A DNA stretch of 64,000 nt. Origin: a virus. The number at the start of each line of letters is the position of its first letter. The first letter of the stretch is position 1. Location: the IMG/VR virus record IMGVR_UViG_3300045988_122072, positions 32,001 through 96,000 of that record. The stretch is one strand, 5' to 3'. Position numbers and translations under genes: made by a program. Below the pieces are notes generated by a model. It was not told where the DNA came from and made no database searches. It saw only the letters and a list, made by a program, of their open reading frames with translations. Shown here in pieces: positions 55,701 to 62,472 of the stretch.

Positions 55701-55975
55701 TTATTATGCCAGAGCAGAAAGATGTAGGTTATGTAATGAACGTGGATTGCAAGTATTCTCCGAAGATCACTATGTACCTCTTAAACAAAGGGGCCACAGT
55801 CACATATAAACTTTCTAAAGCAGCTTATCAGAAGCAGCCATTTGATACAGGGGATTTTATTCAAATGCGCACAGAACAACGTAATAAGTCTAGAAAGACG
55901 GAGAATGGTTGGGAGAAGGTACCGAACGAGTACGATACTTGGATTACGGCATATATCATAAAAAATAATTTCTAG
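52706..55975 (+). CDS. dnaE: DNA polymerase III alpha subunit-like (DnaE/PolC family) with N-terminal PHP domain
   Basis: 1089 aa with PHP motifs YHRHTSYS and GLDSHY. Pol III alpha palm motifs TGRGSAVGY and LPDLDMNL. Confidence 0.85.
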   Translation: MQNYHRHTSYSEGDSAAMPEEYAKRAVELGHKVISSVEHGWQGYYHKAFELAKEYNLKFIFGTEAYWVKDRQKEYEEYDKETGEVKKNKDGTIRTNKDKSNNHIIILAKNENGRRSINRILSDANETGYYYKPRIDLDLIFSLPADDVFITTACVAFWKYEDSDDIVKHMHDYFKDNFMLEIQNHNTARQIALNKHIKELSEKYNIPMIVGLDSHYIYPEQSVERDDILAGRNIQFDDNEVGWYMDYPDDDTVHKRFAEQGVFDAETVQKAMDNTDILLTFDDYDNVPVFTTDIKLPTLYPDKTQEARNKIYSQLISRLFKDYVKHVPKDKYKEYFDGVKQEVSVYKETGMVDYPLMDYAIIKRGIEKGGLITTTGRGSAVGYFTNTLCGFSKVDRFTSPIKLYPERFISKTRILETHSLPDLDMNLGTVEPFAEAQKEILGEDHAYPMIAFGTLKKKSAFKLYARATNLDYEIANEISKQLDKYEEAVKYADDDEKDEINIYDFIDEKYKKYIDQSKKYWGVIDHKNKAPCAYLLYQGSIREEIGLIKCKSESTKREYITAVIDGAIAEKYKFLKNDLLKVDVVLLIDMIYKRIGIPVHTASEISDLVDGDKKVWDIYANGYTIGVNQCEKESAMRKLRKYKPQNISELAAWIAAIRPAFKSMYSKFESREHFEYGIKAFDKILQTPQFPYSYILYQEQSMNTLNYAGFPLDECYGIIKAIAKKHPEKVRPLKSRFIEGFKKRIMEDDHIPDAEAEEMSAKVWQIIDDSCGYGFNSAHAYCMALDSLYCAWLKAHYPYEFYEVLLQVFSDKGKKDKVQALKQEMQGAFGIKEGAYKFGVDNRKFVADKENHTINPSLLSIKGLSQACADDLYELSQSRQFNNFVELLQAMTKIPSLNSAKIDTLIKIGYFSQFGSIGTLLRIVDLYNLYAGKKLLKKDKCSLPPEILSKYCTETAKQYKITDSDGLLQELCGMIPKDCHVPLMSEIQWQQEYLGYCSIIMPEQKDVGYVMNVDCKYSPKITMYLLNKGATVTYKLSKAAYQKQPFDTGDFIQMRTEQRNKSRKTENGWEKVPNEYDTWITAYIIKNNF

Positions 55976-55980
55976 ACCTC

Positions 55981-56008
55981 TTGACAAATCCAAAATCTAT
56001 GCTATAAT
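55981..56008 (+). promoter_or_regulatory. sigma-A type promoter (AGACAG subclass), first of a tandem pair
   Basis: ctcTTGACAAATccaaaatctaTGcTATAATacAGACAcAGT. Confidence 0.7.
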
Positions 56009-56060
56009 ACAGACACAGTCAAGGGGCGATTCAAAACTTACACATACTGCGAATTGCCTC

Positions 56061-56088
56061 TTGACAAATTAAAATTTTGTGTTATAAT
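56061..56088 (+). promoter_or_regulatory. sigma-A type promoter, second of a tandem pair
   Basis: ctcTTGACAAATtaaaattttgTGtTATAATcacaatACAAAATTAAtGAAGGAGA. Confidence 0.7.
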
Positions 56089-56120
56089 CACAATACAAAA
56101 TTAATGAAGGAGAATTTAAA

Positions 56121-56315
56121 ATGAAGATGATCCCTGAAAAAGACAGAGACTTTCGGAAGTGTTACTTCTGCGGTGGTTTTCACACCAAAGAAAATCCTGT
56201 GGCTTTTGAACTGGATGTAGATGAGACAACTATTCCAGAGAGTGAAGCAAAGTTTCTTGGCGGTTCAGTTTATTGTTGTAAAAAGTGCTTAGAGAAGGAG
56301 TGGATGGCAACATAA
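56121..56315 (+). CDS. small zinc-ribbon protein (64 aa)
   Basis: CYFCGG...CCKKC; GAAGGAGA SD. Confidence 0.7.
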   Translation: MKMIPEKDRDFRKCYFCGGFHTKENPVAFELDVDETTIPESEAKFLGGSVYCCKKCLEKEWMAT

Positions 56316-56431
56316 TGGAACTTCTGATTTTGGCAGTTATTGCTTTTGTTTTTGGTGGCATCTGGTGCGCTATCTTTGGAAGGAATTGGAGGAAGACAGA
56401 TGACGATTCTGAATCAATACGAGATTCTTAA
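56315..56431 (+). CDS. 38-aa putative membrane peptide
   Basis: TAATG overlap. MELLILAVIAFVFGGIWCAIFG. Overlaps the next gene by 32 nt. Confidence 0.35.
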   Translation: MELLILAVIAFVFGGIWCAIFGRNWRKTDDDSESIRDS

Positions 56432-56741
56432 AAATGTAACCCCAACTTGGTGGATTATTACCCTTATGGCATTGATTGTATTTATTTTTATCATGACTAT
56501 TATTGCAACCGAAAGCACATCAAGGTCTGCACTGGCAGTCTTATCCTTTGCTATTATTTTCACCATTGTATGGGGATGGGTAGTGAGGCCCATTGTGACT
56601 AAAGAGGACATTCCAACAGGTCGTTATCGTTACGAATGCACAATTGATGATGATGCGTCATTCATTGATATTTATGAGAAGTACATTGTAGTTGAGCAGC
56701 GTGGAGATTTGTGGGTTTTGGAGGATAAAGATGACACTTGA
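56400..56741 (+). CDS. two-TM membrane protein, paralogue of 57543-57872
   Basis: MTILNQYEILKNVTPTWWI... ends VEQRGDLWVLEDKDD. GGAGG SD 7 nt upstream. Confidence 0.7.
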   Translation: MTILNQYEILKNVTPTWWIITLMALIVFIFIMTIIATESTSRSALAVLSFAIIFTIVWGWVVRPIVTKEDIPTGRYRYECTIDDDASFIDIYEKYIVVEQRGDLWVLEDKDDT

Positions 56742-56913
56742 TAGCTTATTCCTTTGTCCAAAGTGCCAGAGTAATGACCACGAAGAGATTAGTAAGGAAT
56801 TTTGTGTTGATGACGGCAAGTTTTATGTGAAATGTCTTTGTAGTAATTGTGGATACCTCTATAAATATCGTTTTTGGTTTGACTTTTATTTGAATGAAGA
56901 AGAGGAGAATTGA
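56731..56913 (+). CDS. small zinc-ribbon protein (60 aa)
   Basis: CPKC...CSNCG; GGAGGA SD. Confidence 0.6.
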   Translation: MTLDSLFLCPKCQSNDHEEISKEFCVDDGKFYVKCLCSNCGYLYKYRFWFDFYLNEEEEN

Positions 56914-56914
56914 A

Positions 56915-57349
56915 ATGACTTATACTTTTGGCAGACAGGTTCCCACTGGCTATTATGCGTATCTCAATCGAAAGGGCACTCTCATCATTGGGAGGCAGAC
57001 TTTTGATGGAAGATGTAATATCTTTTCAGGTAGCTATAGCGAAGCGAAAGAGCGTGGTCTTATCAATCGTCTTGCTTTTGATGCTCCACGCATTCATCGA
57101 AATATCGCAGAACATTATGAAGATTGGTCGGAAATTAGTCGTCCGAAGGTTGAAGACAGAGTAGTAAGACACGAAGACTTCTATGAAGGCGACGAAGAAG
57201 CGAATAGAATGGGTTGGCAGGTAATGTCGGTGTCTTCGTATTATGTCAATGATCCGTGGAATAATAAGGAATATGTGGGTTATACAAGACTTCTGCGTCG
57301 TGTTCCGCGCGACATCAATACGGATAAAGTTATTTATGAGGAGGGCTAA
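56915..57349 (+). CDS. hypothetical protein (144 aa)
   Basis: AGAGGAGA SD 6 nt before ATG 56915. Confidence 0.7.
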   Translation: MTYTFGRQVPTGYYAYLNRKGTLIIGRQTFDGRCNIFSGSYSEAKERGLINRLAFDAPRIHRNIAEHYEDWSEISRPKVEDRVVRHEDFYEGDEEANRMGWQVMSVSSYYVNDPWNNKEYVGYTRLLRRVPRDINTDKVIYEEG

Positions 57350-57354
57350 TTATA

Positions 57355-57543
57355 ATGAGTATCAATATTTGGCAACTTGAAATTCTTGATAACGAGACAC
57401 ATGAGAATGTCCACTCGATGTATTTCCTTACTCGCAGAGGTGCTCGTCATTATGGTGCGAAGCGAGAGAAGGAGTGGAAGGAGTACGGCTGGACTTGGAC
57501 TTATGGTGGTGAACCGTTGTATTTCGGGAGGGTTAGAGACTAA
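57355..57543 (+). CDS. hypothetical protein (62 aa)
   Basis: GAGGAGGG SD. Confidence 0.65.
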   Translation: MSINIWQLEILDNETHENVHSMYFLTRRGARHYGAKREKEWKEYGWTWTYGGEPLYFGRVRD

Positions 57544-57872
57544 TGACAATTGTAAATCAGTATCCTATTATGGAGCTTATGACACCTGTTTGGGTAATCC
57601 TTCTTCTTTGTATTGTTACTTGTGTTTTTGCTTTTCTCGCAACAAAGACTCTTATAGAAGAAGATTGGAGAATAGCGAGTGTTCTATTTGGAGTTACTTT
57701 AGTCTTTGGAATAGCTTTATGTCTTGCCGCAAATATAAAACAAGAGGGTAAGCGAAATCGTTATGAATGTCTGATTAATAATACAATATCTTTTGTAGAA
57801 GTGGCTGAAAATTATGATATTGTCGAACAACGCGGAGATCTGTGGATTCTGGAGGATAAAATAGATGAGTAA
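57543..57872 (+). CDS. two-TM membrane protein, paralogue of 56400-56741
   Basis: MTIVNQYPIMELMTPVWVI... ends VEQRGDLWILEDKIDE. Confidence 0.7.
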   Translation: MTIVNQYPIMELMTPVWVILLLCIVTCVFAFLATKTLIEEDWRIASVLFGVTLVFGIALCLAANIKQEGKRNRYECLINNTISFVEVAENYDIVEQRGDLWILEDKIDE

Positions 57873-58107
57873 TGTTCGCTGTGATTTTTATGTACAGATG
57901 TCAAAGGATAGAAAACTCTCTATCAAAGAAGGTATTACTTTGGATGAGCTTGCTTATGTCCTTTCTTCTTTCTTCGAACGCGAAGAAAATTGGCATAAGA
58001 TGAAGGAGTGTTGGCTTGAAAATGGGAAGTCTAAGGACTTTCAGCATTTGATGAAAGAAGCACTGCTTGGGGCTTATGACACTTTCTGTACAGATGAATT
58101 CGGTTGA
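57865..58107 (+). CDS. hypothetical protein (80 aa)
   Basis: GGAGGA SD. Confidence 0.65.
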   Translation: MSNVRCDFYVQMSKDRKLSIKEGITLDELAYVLSSFFEREENWHKMKECWLENGKSKDFQHLMKEALLGAYDTFCTDEFG

Positions 58108-58121
58108 AAGGAGATTTGAAA

Positions 58122-58403
58122 ATGAATATCTATAGGATTTGGGTTGACGAGTGGCTTGGTTATGATACCTATGATAGTGCGATTGTCGTGGCTAAGGACG
58201 AAGAGTCTGCGCGACATATTCATCCGCGAGGCGCTGCGCGTGGGTGGAATGAAAAAACTCGCCGTTATGATAAATTGTGGTATGAGAGTGATGAGCCTCT
58301 TGACAGTTGGGTAATGCCAGAAAGAGTAAATGTTAGACTGGTTGGAACAACAGAGATTTTCCACGAAGGGACGGTTCTGTGCTCGAGCTATAATGCGGGG
58401 TAA
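58122..58403 (+). CDS. hypothetical protein (93 aa)
   Basis: AAAGGAGA SD before ATG 58122. Confidence 0.65.
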   Translation: MNIYRIWVDEWLGYDTYDSAIVVAKDEESARHIHPRGAARGWNEKTRRYDKLWYESDEPLDSWVMPERVNVRLVGTTEIFHEGTVLCSSYNAG

Positions 58404-58409
58404 ACGGGT

Positions 58410-58559
58410 ATGAGATGTGTCGAAGTAAAACTCTGTGAGGGCATCAATGAATTGAGAAGGTTTATTGAGGAAGCTAATAGAAAAAGCTATGAAATTATTG
58501 CTATGACAGAAGTAGTGCGTGGCTATACTTCTTATTATACAATTCTCTATAGGACGTGA
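58410..58559 (+). CDS. hypothetical protein (49 aa)
   Basis: Fills the gap between neighbours, with a weak SD. Below the ORF-track cutoff. Confidence 0.35.
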   Translation: MRCVEVKLCEGINELRRFIEEANRKSYEIIAMTEVVRGYTSYYTILYRT

Positions 58560-58563
58560 TGAA

Positions 58564-58773
58564 ATGAAAATGATTTATTGCCCAAAATGCGGTGCCAAGC
58601 TCTATTCAAATACAGCCGGATATTACTGCACTAATCTTACTTGTCTCCTTCATATTCGTCCTAACGGAATTTGGGATGAAAATCCGTGGTGGTATTATAT
58701 GCCATCAGAAGATTATCATCGCACTTATTATGAAGTGGATGAAAATCCAAAGGAGGTTCGTCAGTGGATGTAG
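58564..58773 (+). CDS. small zinc-ribbon protein (69 aa)
   Basis: MKMIYCPKCGAKL...YYCTNLTC. Confidence 0.6.
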   Translation: MKMIYCPKCGAKLYSNTAGYYCTNLTCLLHIRPNGIWDENPWWYYMPSEDYHRTYYEVDENPKEVRQWM

Positions 58774-58916
58774 AAGAAGTAAAGACTAAGGAAAACCCCG
58801 AAGTGAAAATTGCTGAAGTTGTTGAGGATATTAGTGATACGAGAGAAGATCCGGCAGAGCTTGTGCGTCTAATACATGATCTATTTTATAACGGTGAAGG
58901 GCCATGGTATAGATGA
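58764..58916 (+). CDS. 50-aa acidic peptide with GTG start
   Basis: AAAGGAGG SD 7 nt before GTG 58764. Its stop overlaps the next ATG (ATGA). Confidence 0.4.
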   Translation: MDVEEVKTKENPEVKIAEVVEDISDTREDPAELVRLIHDLFYNGEGPWYR

Positions 58917-59116
58917 TACTGTGCGGAGAAGGTTGTATTCCCTGCTGTGACTTTTGTATTTACTCAATTCGTGATATTTGGGTTGATGAAAATGGCTGGG
59001 AAAATGACCAAGGGCCAAAAGGATGCGCGAAATATAATGATGAAGCGCACCAAGATATAGCATTTGATAATGGTTTTTGTGAAGATTTTCATTGTTTTAG
59101 AGCTAAAAATAATTAA
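58913..59116 (+). CDS. Cys-rich small protein (67 aa)
   Basis: CGEGCIPCCDFC ... CEDFHC. Confidence 0.6.
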   Translation: MILCGEGCIPCCDFCIYSIRDIWVDENGWENDQGPKGCAKYNDEAHQDIAFDNGFCEDFHCFRAKNN

Positions 59117-59124
59117 AATATCTC

Positions 59125-59152
59125 TTGACAAATAAGAAAAACGTGTTATAAT
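59125..59152 (+). promoter_or_regulatory. sigma-A type promoter (AGACAG subclass)
   Basis: ctcTTGACAAATaagaaaaacgTGtTATAATctAGACAGT, with the leader box 21 nt downstream of the -10. Confidence 0.7.
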
Positions 59153-59210
59153 CTAGACAGTAAGAAACACAAAACAAAATTAAAGTAAAATCAAAAAGGA
59201 GAATTGAGTT

Positions 59211-59795
59211 ATGACAAATGTGTTCAATGGTATGTTCGGAAAGATTGCTCCCGGTATGTGCCGACTTTCTATGAGCGGAGGAATCGCTGTTAAGACTTCC
59301 AATGGCTATAAGAGCTATAATGTGAAGAATGGGCGTCTTACAAATTGTGACAGCTTTGTTTTTGACATTGGCGAAGAGTTCTTCTTCGTTATGCCAACCA
59401 ACAAGGTTGAAGTTGGAGACATTATTCTAGTGTCTGGCAAGCCAAAGTGTGTTATTAAGGCTGAGAAGGAGACCATTACGGTTATTAATTATGAGGATTC
59501 TACTGTAGAAACCGTCCTCCCTGAGCGTCATGTATTTATGGGAAGTACTTATTTCTATGGTAAGATCGTATCTATGTTCGGTAACAATTTTATGAAGGGC
59601 AAGAAGGGTGTGGACAAGATGATGTCTTATATGGTCATGTCCGAGATGATGAAGGGTGGTAATGGTTCAAGCAACGGAATGAATTCTATGCTTCCTATGA
59701 TGATGCTTATGAATGGCGGTAATATGTCGGATATGTTTAGCGGAATGTTTAATTTTGATATTGATGCAATCGACGATGAAAGTGAGGCTGAGTAA
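59211..59795 (+). CDS. hypothetical protein with Met/Gly/Asn-rich low-complexity C-terminal region
   Basis: 194 aa with AAAGGAGA SD. C-terminal MMSYMVMSEMMKGGNGSSNGMNSMLPMMMLMNGGNMSDMFSGMF. Confidence 0.75.
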   Translation: MTNVFNGMFGKIAPGMCRLSMSGGIAVKTSNGYKSYNVKNGRLTNCDSFVFDIGEEFFFVMPTNKVEVGDIILVSGKPKCVIKAEKETITVINYEDSTVETVLPERHVFMGSTYFYGKIVSMFGNNFMKGKKGVDKMMSYMVMSEMMKGGNGSSNGMNSMLPMMMLMNGGNMSDMFSGMFNFDIDAIDDESEAE

Positions 59796-59797
59796 TT

Positions 59798-60661
59798 ATG
59801 GGTGGCGGTTCTTGGACGAGAGATAACTTTACTAGCTATGTAACTACTGCAAAGTGTGCAATGGTAGACGATTTTGGTGTTGTCAGAGGACTAAATAGTG
59901 TTCAGGATAATTTTAAATCGAGATGCCTAGTGGCGGAGCTTAATCCTAAAAATGTTGTTCGCGAGTGTGTAGATTCCGCAGAGCATCCCAATACAAAGCC
60001 TGTTATTCTAGCACTCGATGTCACTGGTAGTATGGGCAGTGCAGCCATGGAAGTTGCAAAGCAGATCAATGTTGTTATGACAAGCCTATATGAGAAGATG
60101 ACAGATGTTGAATTTATGATTATGGGCATTGGAGATCTTGCTTATGATAACGCTCCAATTCAGGCATCTCAGTTTGAATCAGATATCAGAATCGCAGAAC
60201 AGCTTGATAAAATTTATTTTGAGGGCGGTGGCGGCGGCAATTCTTATGAGTCCTATACTGCCGCATGGTATTTTGGGCTTAATCATACCAAACTAGATTG
60301 TTGGAATCGTGGGCAGAAGGGTGTTATTATTACAATGGGTGATGAACCTTTGAATCCGTATCTGCCTAAGAATACTCTATCTGTTGCGACTGGTGATAAC
60401 CTACAGGATGATGTTGAGACAGCTCAGCTTTACAAGGATGCTTCTGAGAAGTTTGATATCTACCATTTGTATGTAAAGCATGGGTATGGTCGTTATGAAG
60501 AAGCCGTTAAGGATACTTTCGGCAAGTTTCTTGATACGAATCATCTCAAGACTACATCTGTAAATAAGATTGCAGATGACATTATTGAGATTGTAACAAA
60601 TGCATTTACTGGAAGCGATACAAGTACATTTGTAAATACTAGCGAAGGAATTTCTTGGTAA
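59798..60661 (+). CDS. von Willebrand factor A (vWA) domain protein
   Basis: MIDAS-type ILALDVTGSMGS, followed by alternating beta/alpha-like segments (IITMGDEP). Confidence 0.7.
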   Translation: MGGGSWTRDNFTSYVTTAKCAMVDDFGVVRGLNSVQDNFKSRCLVAELNPKNVVRECVDSAEHPNTKPVILALDVTGSMGSAAMEVAKQINVVMTSLYEKMTDVEFMIMGIGDLAYDNAPIQASQFESDIRIAEQLDKIYFEGGGGGNSYESYTAAWYFGLNHTKLDCWNRGQKGVIITMGDEPLNPYLPKNTLSVATGDNLQDDVETAQLYKDASEKFDIYHLYVKHGYGRYEEAVKDTFGKFLDTNHLKTTSVNKIADDIIEIVTNAFTGSDTSTFVNTSEGISW

Positions 60662-60675
60662 GAGGAGATAAACAC

Positions 60676-61824
60676 ATGTCTAATGTTAAAGTAGTAATCG
60701 GTAGCAATTTTGGGGACGAAGGAAAAGGATTGATGACTGATTATTTCTGCGCAGAAGCAAAAAAGCGGAATGAATCCTGTATTGTTGTTTTATCTAATGG
60801 CGGAGCGCAGAGAGGGCACACTGTGGTTACGCCAGATGGCATTAGACATGTGTTTCATCATTTTGGTTCTGGCACTTTTGCAGAAGCCCCTACATATTTT
60901 AGTGAGCAATATATTTTGAATCCTATGACTTTCAGAAAAGAGCATGAAGAATTGGATTCTTTAGGCTTTAAGCCACTCGTTTGTGCTCATTGGAATTGCA
61001 GATGGTCAACGCCGTATGACGTGATCGTAAATCAAATTCTTGAAGATAGTCGTGGAGAAAATCGACATGGATCTTGCGGCATGGGAATCTGGGAAACTAT
61101 CTGCAGATATACAAGTACTGGAGCACCATCATTGCGGCACTTTAATATGATGAGTGAAGAATATAAAGTTCAATTTCTAAAAAATATTAGAGATAAATAT
61201 ATGCCGCAGAGATTAGCGTCTGCGAATCCAGATGTAGTAAAACAGTGGGAAGAAATTCTATATTCTGATAATCTAATTTATAATTTTATTGCGGACATTC
61301 AGTTCATGTGTTCGCATATGGTTTTTGATTATGGACGCATATTGAGACGATATGACAATGTTGTATTTGAAAATGGGCAAGGTCTGCTACTAGATCAGAA
61401 CCAGACAAGATACGGAGACAATACAACTCCTAGCAATACTGGAATTCAGAACCCGCATGTGATTATTGAAAAGTATTTATTTGGCGCTAACGTTGAAGTG
61501 TGTTATGTTACAAGAACATACCTAACAAGACATGGTGCTGGGGCTTTTGATGGTGAATGTGATAAATCTGAAATCAATGGTTCTATGAAAGATAAGACCA
61601 ATGTGCCAAATCCGTATCAGGGCAGTATTCGATATGGTAAGCTGGATGTTAATGAACTTGTAAACAGAATCAAAAAGGATATTGGGGAGCATTCTTATAA
61701 TGTATCTTTGGCAGTGACACATTTGAACGAGTTTGAAAACAAAGAGTTATTGGCACTAAAGGAACTAAATGTTAAGTATTTGTCTTATAATGAGACTAGA
61801 AAATTAACAGAAAAAATTTCCTGA
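60676..61824 (+). CDS. adenylosuccinate synthetase (PurA)/PurZ-family enzyme, divergent
   Basis: 382 aa. GSNFGDEGKGLMTDY (PurA P-loop GDEGKGK), GGAQRGHT (GGHNAGHT), FENGQGLLLD (FEGAQGTLLD) and TRHGAGAF (TRVGAGPF). The TKLD guanine box is replaced by THLN. Confidence 0.75.
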   Translation: MSNVKVVIGSNFGDEGKGLMTDYFCAEAKKRNESCIVVLSNGGAQRGHTVVTPDGIRHVFHHFGSGTFAEAPTYFSEQYILNPMTFRKEHEELDSLGFKPLVCAHWNCRWSTPYDVIVNQILEDSRGENRHGSCGMGIWETICRYTSTGAPSLRHFNMMSEEYKVQFLKNIRDKYMPQRLASANPDVVKQWEEILYSDNLIYNFIADIQFMCSHMVFDYGRILRRYDNVVFENGQGLLLDQNQTRYGDNTTPSNTGIQNPHVIIEKYLFGANVEVCYVTRTYLTRHGAGAFDGECDKSEINGSMKDKTNVPNPYQGSIRYGKLDVNELVNRIKKDIGEHSYNVSLAVTHLNEFENKELLALKELNVKYLSYNETRKLTEKIS

Positions 61825-61830
61825 AAGTAC

Positions 61831-61858
61831 TTGACAAATAAAAAATATATGATATAAT
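61831..61858 (+). promoter_or_regulatory. sigma-A type promoter (AGACAG subclass)
   Basis: acTTGACAAATaaaaaatataTGaTATAATatGGACAGT, with the leader box at 61881. Confidence 0.7.
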
Positions 61859-61910
61859 ATGGACAGTTGAAAGAAACAAAACAAAATTAATTGAAAAGGA
61901 GCAAGAAAAA

Positions 61911-62240
61911 ATGATTAAGTATTATCACCTGAGCGATGGCACGACGATTGGCGAGCTGCGGGGTACAAAGTATGACTGTATTAACCGGATTGCAAAGGCA
62001 ATGGGTATGACAAAGAGCCTGTGCTTCGATCCTAGTAAGTATCTTATGAATGATGTCTTCAAGGCTGCGTCTAAGCCCTATGGCGGCGACGAGTACGACA
62101 AGGAATATGGCGAACAGGAAGTAAAGCGCAAGGTCATGCGGAAGTATTATAAGCAGCTTGATAGACTGTCTTCTGCGTTCGTAGAGGATCTCAATAAGGC
62201 GATGTTCGAAGCATCTTGGCGGCTTACAAAAAATTCTTAA
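61911..62240 (+). CDS. hypothetical protein (109 aa)
   Basis: AAAGGAG SD. Confidence 0.7.
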   Translation: MIKYYHLSDGTTIGELRGTKYDCINRIAKAMGMTKSLCFDPSKYLMNDVFKAASKPYGGDEYDKEYGEQEVKRKVMRKYYKQLDRLSSAFVEDLNKAMFEASWRLTKNS

Positions 62241-62247
62241 AAACCTC

Positions 62248-62275
62248 TTGACAAATAAAAAATTTATGATATAAT
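62248..62275 (+). promoter_or_regulatory. sigma-A type promoter (AGACAG subclass) driving the structured-RNA array
   Basis: ctcTTGACAAATaaaaaatttaTGaTATAATacAGAtAGT, with the leader box at 62295. No SD or CDS follows for about 540 nt. Confidence 0.7.
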
Positions 62276-62340
62276 ACAGATAGTTCAAGACAATACAAAA
62301 TTAAAGTTCCTGAGCACGAACTGAAAAGGCTCAACTATAT

Positions 62341-62464
62341 GCGATGATAGTCAAATGGTTAAGACGGCAGCGATTATTTTGAAGTGTCTAGCTAGACATG
62401 AACAGCAAGTTTGCAAAATTAATGCTCCAAGCTGCAATTGTGGGTTCGATTCCTACTCATCGCA
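62341..62464 (+). tRNA. tRNA-like gene 1 (Trp-like features) with 59-nt segment in place of the 7-nt anticodon loop
   Basis: Acceptor GCGATGA (62341-47) / TCATCGC (62457-63). D arm TA-GTCA..GAC. Anticodon-stem strands GCAGC (62367-71) / GCTGC (62431-35). T arm GTGGG-TTCGATT-CCTAC (62440-56). The last loop nt read CTCCAA. Confidence 0.55.
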
Positions 62465-62472
62465 ATCATATG

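Noticed and set aside
41106-55975. Inteins or group I introns inside the helicase, primase or polymerase genes.
   Set aside because: All three ORFs are continuous with motifs in normal order. The endonuclease-like genes lie between genes, not within them.
60676-61824. Asserting that the phage has a 2-aminoadenine (Z) genome.
   Set aside because: Only a PurA-family gene with altered nucleotide-specificity residues is visible. The DatZ/MazZ partners are not seen in the window, and base modification cannot be read from the sequence.
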